From assembly GCA_048884965.1 (NCBI GenBank), contig JBHLQH010000007.1, positions 93,996-157,995 of the forward strand: a stretch of DNA of 64,000 bases, in the 5' to 3' direction. Source of the stretch: Candidatus Thorarchaeota archaeon. GTDB lineage: Archaea > Asgardarchaeota > Thorarchaeia > Thorarchaeales > Thorarchaeaceae. How positions within the stretch are numbered: the first letter of the stretch is position 1; each line of letters begins with the position of its first letter. The notes under the pieces were generated by a model. It saw nothing but the letters and a program-made list of their open reading frames with translations, ran no database searches and was not told the DNA's origin. The position numbers and the translations under genes are program-made. Below are positions 55,318-64,000 of the stretch, piece after piece.

Positions 55318-57972
55318 ATGATGGCAAGCACTACCAAGAAGATTGACGAGATCGAATTCGGTCTCCTAAGCCCTGAAGACGTCCGAAAGATGTCTGTCGC
55401 ACAGATTGTCGTGGCTGATACCTATGACGAGGACGGCTACCCAATCGAATCAGGCATCATGGACCCACGACTAGGAGTCATAGACCCTGGTCAGCGGTGT
55501 AGGACGTGCGGGAATCGAGTGGGGAACTGCCCCGGTCACTTCGGTCATATCGAGCTTGCCCGTCCAGTCATGCATGCTGGATATGCAAAGGTCATCCACA
55601 AGGTGTTGAGAGCGATATGCAGGTCCTGCAATCAGATACTTCTCTCCGAGGAAGAGGTCGATCACTTCAAGCGACTTTTCAGGAGATATCCTGAGATAGG
55701 ACAGAAGACCGCCAACCTCTCAAAGGAGATCCTTAAGCGAGCTGCCAAGGCAAAGACCTGCCCTCACTGTGAGGCAGAACAGCTCAAGCTCAAACTTGAG
55801 AAGCCTACTTCAATCTATGAGGTAAGTGATGCAGGCTCTGTCAGGCTTACTCCCATTGACATCAGAGCTCGACTTGAGAACGTCACTGACGAGGACTATG
55901 GTCTGCTCGGCATCAACGCGAACGCCGCAAGACTGGAATGGTCTATCCTGACTGTGCTCGCTGTACCACCAGTCACAGTCCGACCATCTATCACACTAGA
56001 ATCAGGTGTCCGCTCTGAGGACGATCTCTCCCACAAACTCATTGACATCATCCGTATCAATCAACGACTACGGGAGAACCTTGAGGCAGGAGCGCCACAG
56101 CTCATCGTAGAAGACCTCTGGGAACTATTGCAATATCACACGACAACATACTTTGACAACGGTGTGAGTGGTATCCCACCAGCTCGGCATAGGTCCGGAA
56201 GGGCACTGCGAACACTATCCCAGCGTCTGAAGGGCAAGGAAGGACGATTCCGTTCGAATCTGTCTGGAAAGCGTGTGGACTTCTCTGCACGTACCGTCAT
56301 CTCTCCAGATCCCAACCTCAGCATGAACGAGGTCGGTGTGCCGGAACAGATTGCTACAATCCTTACGATACCTGAGCGTGTAACAGAATGGAACCTTGAG
56401 AAGATGAAGGACTTGGTCATCCGTGGACCTGATAGACACCCTGGATGTAACTACCTCATCCGAACTGATGGTCGAAGAGTGGACCTACGGTTCGTCAAGG
56501 ACCGTACAATCATTGCTGATACCATCGAAGCTGGTTTCGTTGTGGAACGGCACCTCGATACAGGAGATATTGTCCTATTCAACCGGCAGCCATCACTACA
56601 CAGGATGTCAATTATGGCCCATGAGGTCAGAGTAATGCCCTACAGGACATTCAGGCTTGCACTCTACGTCTGCCCACCCTATAACGCAGACTTCGATGGT
56701 GATGAAATGAACCTTCACGTGCCTCAATCTGAGGAAGCCCGTGCAGAAGCACGAGTTCTCATGCGTGTACAGGAACAGATACTCTCACCACGATACGGTG
56801 GTCCAATCATTGGAGCACTCCAAGACTACATCTCATCAGCCTTTCTCCTTACCCGGAAGTCAAGCCTCTACACACTCAATCAGGTGAACCAGCTTACGGC
56901 TGTCACAGGCTTTGATGGAGAGCTTCCGCAGCCTGCGATTAAGGCTCCCATCCCACTCTGGACTGGAAAGCAGATCTTCAGCCTATTCATTCCCGATGAT
57001 ATCAACATCTCCTTCAAGGCGAATGTCTGTAGGAAATGTGCGAAGTGTGATTTGGAGGACTGTCCCTATGACTCATACGTGGTCGTTCGGAATGGAGAAT
57101 TGATGTTTGGTGTCGTCGACGAGAAGGCCTTTGGTGCAGGCGAGCCCGACTCACTCTTCCACCGAATCATCAAGGAGCGAGGTCCCACAACTGCTAGGAA
57201 GTTCCTAGACTCCGTTGGCAGACTCCTTGTTCGTCTTATTACTGACCGAGGATTCTCGATGGGCCTGAATGATGTCACACTCCCACGTGAGGCATCTGAG
57301 CGTATCAGAGTTATTCTCGAGGAAGCAGATGCCAAGGTCAATCAATTGATCGAAACCTACAAGCGAGGGGAACTAGACCCTAACCCTGGTCAGACCCTTC
57401 TAGAAACCCTTGAGCAGAGGATACAGGCAACCCTGGCAGAGGCACGTGACTCAGCTGGTGCTGTTGCAGGAGAGCATCTTGGTCTTGAGAACTCTGCAGT
57501 TATCATGGCACAGACTGGTGCCCGAGGCTCACGACTGAACCTATCCCAGATGGCAGCTGTCGTAGGACAGCAATCAGTCCGTGGTGGGCGTATCAGCAGA
57601 GGATACATTGGTAGGACACTTCCTCACTTTGAGCGAGGTGACCTAGGTGCCAGAGCAAGGGGATTCGTCAGTTCAAGCTACAAGAGTGGACTGGATCCCA
57701 TCGAATACTGGTTCCATGCAGCTGGAGGGCGAGAAGGACTCGTTGACACTGCAGTACGAACATCCACATCAGGTTACATGCAGCGCAGGCTAATGACCGC
57801 TTTGCAGGACCTGAAGGTCGAAACTGATGGTACAGTCAGGACATCACCAGGGACCATTGTCCAATTCAAGTTCGGTGATGATGGGGTGGACCCAAGCAAG
57901 TCCGACCATGGGCGTTCGGTGAACATAGATATTGCTATCGAGAAAGTCCTAGGAAAGGGCAGGATAAAGTAG
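55318..57972 (+). CDS. rpoA1: RNA polymerase subunit Rpo1N (A')
   Basis: CPGHFGHIELARPV, catalytic YNADFDGDEMNLH and GGREGLVDTAVRT. Confidence 0.98.
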   Translation: MMASTTKKIDEIEFGLLSPEDVRKMSVAQIVVADTYDEDGYPIESGIMDPRLGVIDPGQRCRTCGNRVGNCPGHFGHIELARPVMHAGYAKVIHKVLRAICRSCNQILLSEEEVDHFKRLFRRYPEIGQKTANLSKEILKRAAKAKTCPHCEAEQLKLKLEKPTSIYEVSDAGSVRLTPIDIRARLENVTDEDYGLLGINANAARLEWSILTVLAVPPVTVRPSITLESGVRSEDDLSHKLIDIIRINQRLRENLEAGAPQLIVEDLWELLQYHTTTYFDNGVSGIPPARHRSGRALRTLSQRLKGKEGRFRSNLSGKRVDFSARTVISPDPNLSMNEVGVPEQIATILTIPERVTEWNLEKMKDLVIRGPDRHPGCNYLIRTDGRRVDLRFVKDRTIIADTIEAGFVVERHLDTGDIVLFNRQPSLHRMSIMAHEVRVMPYRTFRLALYVCPPYNADFDGDEMNLHVPQSEEARAEARVLMRVQEQILSPRYGGPIIGALQDYISSAFLLTRKSSLYTLNQVNQLTAVTGFDGELPQPAIKAPIPLWTGKQIFSLFIPDDINISFKANVCRKCAKCDLEDCPYDSYVVVRNGELMFGVVDEKAFGAGEPDSLFHRIIKERGPTTARKFLDSVGRLLVRLITDRGFSMGLNDVTLPREASERIRVILEEADAKVNQLIETYKRGELDPNPGQTLLETLEQRIQATLAEARDSAGAVAGEHLGLENSAVIMAQTGARGSRLNLSQMAAVVGQQSVRGGRISRGYIGRTLPHFERGDLGARARGFVSSSYKSGLDPIEYWFHAAGGREGLVDTAVRTSTSGYMQRRLMTALQDLKVETDGTVRTSPGTIVQFKFGDDGVDPSKSDHGRSVNIDIAIEKVLGKGRIK

Positions 57973-59220
<1,248 letters not shown>

Positions 59221-59321
59221 ATGCTTGCTAGAGCGGAATCGTTAAAACAAAACTCCCAAAGAAGCAGCCCAGTTTCTGGGCTTATCATAAGTCACAGTTG
59301 AATGAAAAAGAGGTTAGATAA

Positions 59322-59615
59322 TTGAGCCTAAATCAGCAGATCGCTAGCGCAGTAGGCACTGGTAAGTGCAAGATTGGCGCCAAGTCCTCCATTGACGCTA
59401 TCAAGAAGGGTGAGGCCAAGTTAGTCGTGGTCGCAGCCAACTGCCCAAGGGATGAACGCGATGATATCAATCGATATGCCCAGCTTGGAGGAATAAAGGT
59501 ACAAGTCTTCGAAGGCACCTCATGGGACCTTGGAGAAACTGTCGGAAAACCATTCATGATCTCTGCTATTGCAGTCATTGAACCTGGCGACTCAAAGATC
59601 CTGAAGATGGGATGA
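59322..59615 (+). CDS. rpl30e: 50S ribosomal protein L30e
   Basis: TGK..IG, AKLVVVAANCP and LG..VGKPF.ISAIAVIEPGDSKIL. Confidence 0.96.
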   Translation: MSLNQQIASAVGTGKCKIGAKSSIDAIKKGEAKLVVVAANCPRDERDDINRYAQLGGIKVQVFEGTSWDLGETVGKPFMISAIAVIEPGDSKILKMG

Positions 59616-59626
59616 GGTCGATACGC

Positions 59627-60061
59627 TTGACCAACATCAAACTATCCATGGACGAGATGCAGCTCATCGCAACCTTTGAGCGCATAACGGGGGCAGCAGC
59701 CGTCGATGTCGTCCGTGATGACCAGGGTAATAGACTCATCTTTGTCGTACGCCAGAAGCAGCTTGGACGTGCCATCGGTAGAGGTGGCGAGAAGGTCAAG
59801 GCTGCAGCAGACGCATTTGGTAGACAGGTCGATGTCGTCGAGATGGCCGAAACTGCCGAGGACTTTGTCAAAAGCGCCCTCGCTCCGGCACGTGTCGAGA
59901 AGATCAAGATCTCAGAGAACCGTGAAGGTAATCTCATCGCCTATGTCACCGTAAAGAAAGAGGACCGAGGTATCGCTATCGGACAGGGCGGTCGCAATGT
60001 CGCACGGGCACGAATCCTTGTGCGCCGTCACTTTGAGCTCGAGAATGTCATGATAGCATGA
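59627..60061 (+). CDS. nusA: Archaeal NusA (KH-domain) transcription factor
   Basis: IKL...E...I..FE..TGA, GRAIGRGG and GIAIGQGGRNV..AR.L..RHF. Confidence 0.95.
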   Translation: MTNIKLSMDEMQLIATFERITGAAAVDVVRDDQGNRLIFVVRQKQLGRAIGRGGEKVKAAADAFGRQVDVVEMAETAEDFVKSALAPARVEKIKISENREGNLIAYVTVKKEDRGIAIGQGGRNVARARILVRRHFELENVMIA

Positions 60062-60215
60062 GCTTCTTTCACCACTCCTGCATAGACTAGAGCTATTGCA
60101 TGAGTGGTGGAATATTCCTCAAATTGCTCATTCTAATGCGAATATATGTCAGTTCATTCGGAAGGAATTTATCCGATAGTACGAATATTCCGAGTATCAG
60201 CAGTGGTGGGTGACA

Positions 60216-61685
60216 ATGGAAGAGGAGGTATTTACCAACGAACAGGATGGACCGGTTTTCGACGAAGAACGCACTCAGATTTCTCGACTGCACATATCCA
60301 AGAGGGAGTTCATCATATGGATTACTTCCTGCATTATTGCTACCATTTGGGGATATACTCAACGTTTTAGTAATTGGGGAGGACCCGACATTGCGGTTGT
60401 CATCAATTCCATGAACGTCATATCTCATGTCATTGCATTGGGACTACCTATATTCCTTTGTGCAGGTATCTTCTTCGCACGACCACATTCACGTTCATAC
60501 ATGATGGATCTATCAACAGAGAAACATTCGCCTTTCTACATCATCATGCGAAGATTCTTGGAAGCGCTCTCACTGATGGTACTATTTGCATTCGTGCTCG
60601 TCTTGACGAACTTTATTGAGCCGATTGTCAAGGATCTCACATTCAACAGAGATGTTGAGCTCATTCATTTCATACTCTTTCCTGCAGCTTTTATCGCGAC
60701 TTGTGTTGTGATGGCTCTTCTTCTGGCACTAGGTGTCGGAATCATCCTTGCTGTTGACAGTATGCGATATGGTGTTCCATTAGGCTGTGCAGTGACACTT
60801 TCCTTGGCCGCTCTTGCAGGATGGAACTCCATTTTGATAGATTCTTGGCCAACTCGTCTTTTTGTCTTGATGAGTCCCCATAACATTGCGAAAGGTCTCA
60901 CAGTACTACTCTCCCTTCTTTCAGGATTTCAGTTCGTTGATGAGTACCGCGAAGTAATGTATCTTGGCTTTGAAACCTCATGGCCAGCAATGAGTATCGC
61001 ACTAGGTCTGTTTGGCATACTCGCTGTCCTATCTTTGAGCATTGGGTCTCAACTACTTGAAACTAACATGAAACGGTGGCCATATCTACCCAATATGATA
61101 TGGGAACAAAATATCTGGGAACGGACCTCAAAAAGCGATGATACACGGACCAAGTCAAAGTTCGAGAAACAACTTCACACTCAGAAGCTTATTGCAGTGT
61201 TCACACTTATCATTATACTGCTTAGCTTCGCATCTGGGAGTATGGTAGTGAAGAGCAACATCGAAACTGATGCTAATCTTACCTACTATGTGAGTCCTGA
61301 AGGTGGCGAGATTCTGTACATCGACAAATGGCTGATTATCCAGTTCTCTACGTATCATCCCAACGGGATTGGGATTGGTGTAGTTGTTGACTTGGACATA
61401 CTGGGATTCATAGATTTTCCCAATACTTTCCAATGGTGGCATATGTACCTAGAAATGTCTCAGAACGAATTCGTTTCACTGAACGAAGCAGAACAATTCA
61501 CGCTCTGCGGCATGCCTCGGAATGAAACGGTCGATTCCTTCAATGGGCTCCGCTCAAGTATTGATATCAGTGCTGAGAATCAGGGGGTGCGTATCTTTGT
61601 ATTCAGCATAACATCCTTGGAAGATTACTACTCGAATGCAACGATTCGATATTACATTCAGGCCTTTCAAGAGGCCGATGGATAA
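60216..61685 (+). CDS. Multi-pass membrane protein (ABC-2 permease-like N-terminus plus extracytoplasmic C-terminal domain)
   Basis: About 7 TM segments and an AT-richer codon style; lies between nusA and rps12. Confidence 0.75.
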   Translation: MEEEVFTNEQDGPVFDEERTQISRLHISKREFIIWITSCIIATIWGYTQRFSNWGGPDIAVVINSMNVISHVIALGLPIFLCAGIFFARPHSRSYMMDLSTEKHSPFYIIMRRFLEALSLMVLFAFVLVLTNFIEPIVKDLTFNRDVELIHFILFPAAFIATCVVMALLLALGVGIILAVDSMRYGVPLGCAVTLSLAALAGWNSILIDSWPTRLFVLMSPHNIAKGLTVLLSLLSGFQFVDEYREVMYLGFETSWPAMSIALGLFGILAVLSLSIGSQLLETNMKRWPYLPNMIWEQNIWERTSKSDDTRTKSKFEKQLHTQKLIAVFTLIIILLSFASGSMVVKSNIETDANLTYYVSPEGGEILYIDKWLIIQFSTYHPNGIGIGVVVDLDILGFIDFPNTFQWWHMYLEMSQNEFVSLNEAEQFTLCGMPRNETVDSFNGLRSSIDISAENQGVRIFVFSITSLEDYYSNATIRYYIQAFQEADG

Positions 61686-61842
61686 AAACTCATAGTGGGC
61701 CGAATGAAACCCTATTGAACGGTCCGAGAGGAGCTAGACCGTGAGGCTTTTAAGCATACAAAAGTGGAGAGCTTCTAACCACTCGCAGAGCGTGCCATGT
61801 CAGGTACGTTCAGCACAATTCCCCCGAAAGAGGTAACACACA

Positions 61843-62286
61843 TTGTCACCAACGAAAAGTCCACTGGGTGAGTTCGCCGCGAGGCCACTCAGCCGAAAGC
61901 GAAGGAAGTTCCGCTGGAAGAAGTCCAGCTACAAGAGCCGAACTTTGAAGCTCAAGAAGAAGACTGACCCCCTAGAGGGTGCTCCACAGGCTCGTGGCAT
62001 TGTTCTAGAGAAGGTCGGTATCGAGTCCAAGCAGCCCAACTCAGCTATTCGTAAGGCTGTCAGGATGCAACTCTCAAAGAACGGTAAGCAGATTACTGCC
62101 TTCCTGCCTGGTGACGGCGCGCTCAAGTACATTGACGAGCACGATAGGGTGACAGTAGAAGGAATTGGTGGTGCTATGGGTGGTGCTATGGGCGACTTGC
62201 CTGGAGTAAGATGGAAGGTCACGAAGGTCAATGGTGTAAGCCTAGAGTCATTGATCTACGGCAAGAAGGAGAAGCCGATTAGATAG
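61843..62286 (+). CDS. rps12: 30S ribosomal protein S12 (uS12)
   Basis: [30 protein letters not shown] and [10 protein letters not shown]. Confidence 0.97.
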   Translation: MSPTKSPLGEFAARPLSRKRRKFRWKKSSYKSRTLKLKKKTDPLEGAPQARGIVLEKVGIESKQPNSAIRKAVRMQLSKNGKQITAFLPGDGALKYIDEHDRVTVEGIGGAMGGAMGDLPGVRWKVTKVNGVSLESLIYGKKEKPIR

Positions 62287-62295
62287 GTGGTTGAC

Positions 62296-62964
62296 ATGTC
62301 AGAAGAAGAGAAAGTTACTGCTGGCGAAAGTAGAGCCGAAGAGGGACCCGTCAAGGTTCCACATGTTACCCCTGATCTATTGCTGTTTGGCAAGTGGGAT
62401 TCCACCGAGGTCGAGATAAAGGACCCTGGACTGGTCAGATACATCTCACTAAAACCAACACTTATCCCCCATACTTCTGGTAGACACGCTCACCGAAGAT
62501 TCAGGAAGTCCCGTATCCCTATTGTCGAGCGATACGTCAACAAGCTCCTGAACGCCGGAAAGCGAAAGGACAAGAAGACCCGAACCGGCCGCAACGCTGG
62601 TAAGAAGATTAAGGCAATCAATGTGCTTCACAGGGCCTTTGAGATGATTCACTACAGGACTGGAATGAACCCTATCCAGGTCCTAGTTACAGCGATTGAG
62701 AACGCAGCTCCCGCTGAGGAAACCACTCGTATCTCCTACGGTGGTATGGCCTACCCACGTTCAGTTGACGTAGCTCCACAGCGCAGGATTGACCTCGCGC
62801 TCAGGTATCTCTCCGTCGGTGCAGTCAGAAATGCCCACAAGAATGCCAAGAGCCTTGAGGAATGCGTTGTAGACGAGCTCCTCCTTGCATACAAGGGCGA
62901 TGCAGCAAGCTTCGCAGTGTCAAGGAAGGAAGAACGCGAACGTGTAGCACGTTCTGCAAGATAA
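62296..62964 (+). CDS. rps7: 30S ribosomal protein S7 (uS7)
   Basis: LLFGKW, DPGL.RYI.L, NPIQVLV.AIEN.AP.EETTR and KEERERVARSAR. Confidence 0.97.
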   Translation: MSEEEKVTAGESRAEEGPVKVPHVTPDLLLFGKWDSTEVEIKDPGLVRYISLKPTLIPHTSGRHAHRRFRKSRIPIVERYVNKLLNAGKRKDKKTRTGRNAGKKIKAINVLHRAFEMIHYRTGMNPIQVLVTAIENAAPAEETTRISYGGMAYPRSVDVAPQRRIDLALRYLSVGAVRNAHKNAKSLEECVVDELLLAYKGDAASFAVSRKEERERVARSAR

Positions 62965-63104
62965 TCACTATCAACTGGCACGGATTCGTCCGTACCAGTC
63001 TTATTCTCTTTTCATTCATATCTCCTAGAGGACACAATCGCATCTAGAGTCCATAATACGAAGGCACTTAGGCACATACTGCTAGATATTGACGGGCATG
63101 AGCG

Positions 63105-63398
63105 ATGTTCGACCCTGATATGAGTGATTTCCAAGCAGATGACACTTCAGTCAGAGCTGAGTATCGAACTGACCGTTATCATATTCGTATTCTCCGACTG
63201 GACTCTGGCATCTATATCCTCCAGCACAGGGAACGAGACTATCGTCCCGAGATCGACCTCTACACTCCTTGGTCCGGATGGGTCATAGGGATAGAGAGTC
63301 CGAACTTCGCGAAGGCGATGTGGGCGTTCGCAAGGGAGGTTCTTGAGCGATCCGCAGTGGAAGAATATAAGTGGGGAGCAGAAGCCAGAAACTTCTGA
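63105..63398 (+). CDS. Hypothetical protein
   Basis: 97-aa ORF; no family recognised. Confidence 0.6.
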   Translation: MFDPDMSDFQADDTSVRAEYRTDRYHIRILRLDSGIYILQHRERDYRPEIDLYTPWSGWVIGIESPNFAKAMWAFAREVLERSAVEEYKWGAEARNF

Positions 63399-63443
63399 TT
63401 TAGTTCTGCAGTGACATTCTGAAAGTGAGGATGAGGATGCATC

Positions 63444-64000
63444 ATGGTCAACTATGATGAACTACATAGAAGAGCTCGTGAGGACATTGAGATTGCTATC
63501 TCGATTTGGACAGATATACTAGGCGAAGAGTCTCGGAAGGTGAAAGCAGCCTATGTCAAGGGCTCTACCATCAAGGTCTGGGAATCACCTATCGACTATG
63601 TGCCCTTCGTTAGTGACTTAGACATTCATGTGCATCTACCTGAAGGAGCATCACTTTTCCACCCACCTGATGCTTTTCATGATGCAATGGATATTTCTGA
63701 AATATACGAACTAAGGTTCATCGAAAACCATCCTGACCATCTCCACATCCCAAGACCCCAGGTCCTGCCAGTGAATCGTCTGAAGCTGCATGTCAACTAT
63801 GTCCCTCCTCGTCCTGGCGATGTGCGGATGCTACTTGGTGAGTTCGAGGCAGAGCCATTCCCAGATATCGATACCATCAGGCGTATAGACCGAGAGAACT
63901 TGCAGCAGATACCTGAATTTCTCGAATCCCTTCCTCTTACGGTAATTGATAGGCTAGGCATCGAATTCTGGTCTGTCATTCGATCGATGACATGGAGGGT
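63444..64000 (+). CDS. Pol-beta-superfamily nucleotidyltransferase-like protein (runs off the window edge)
   Basis: Not in the ORF track. Manual translation MVNYDELHRRAREDI...AAYVKGSTIK...DYVPFVSDLDIHV shows the hG[S]...SDxD motif. Confidence 0.65.
   Translation, partial: MVNYDELHRRAREDIEIAISIWTDILGEESRKVKAAYVKGSTIKVWESPIDYVPFVSDLDIHVHLPEGASLFHPPDAFHDAMDISEIYELRFIENHPDHLHIPRPQVLPVNRLKLHVNYVPPRPGDVRMLLGEFEAEPFPDIDTIRRIDRENLQQIPEFLESLPLTVIDRLGIEFWSVIRSMTWR

Overview
Archaeal chromosomal segment, most likely from an Asgard archaeon (Thorarchaeia-like). This is an inference from the Rab/Ras-like small GTPase, unsplit Rpo2, PAN, NAC, GatDE and KEOPS. Most of the window is housekeeping: hypF, acdA, atpD, nac, pan, rpiA, pgk, gatDE, tfe, mbf1, mtnA, hycI, a tRNA-splicing endonuclease subunit, kae1/bud32/pcc1, rps15, rps3ae and the rpoB-rpoA1-rpoA2-rpl30e-nusA...rps12-rps7 cluster. 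There are nine tRNA genes, six with introns and five of those with an intron at a non-canonical position. The standout signal lies in the first ~11 kb. A pseudo-palindromic 9-mer, TGTAWTACA, usually in 9-bp-phased tandem doublets or triplets, occurs exactly 13 times in 1-10.8 kb and twice more by 27.2 kb. I saw no exact copy beyond that (counted by eye). The sites sit both between genes and inside genes in different reading frames. The cluster surrounds a translationally coupled two-gene operon (5376-6661, minus strand) encoding an ExeA-like AAA+ ATPase and a small protein with a disordered N-terminal tail and a C-terminal ribbon-helix-helix. This looks like a candidate undescribed partition or chromosome-organisation system: NTPase + RHH centromere-binding protein + dispersed centromere-like sites, with an AAA+ motor instead of ParA, ParM or TubZ. 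All assignments come from motif recognition by eye; no searches were run.
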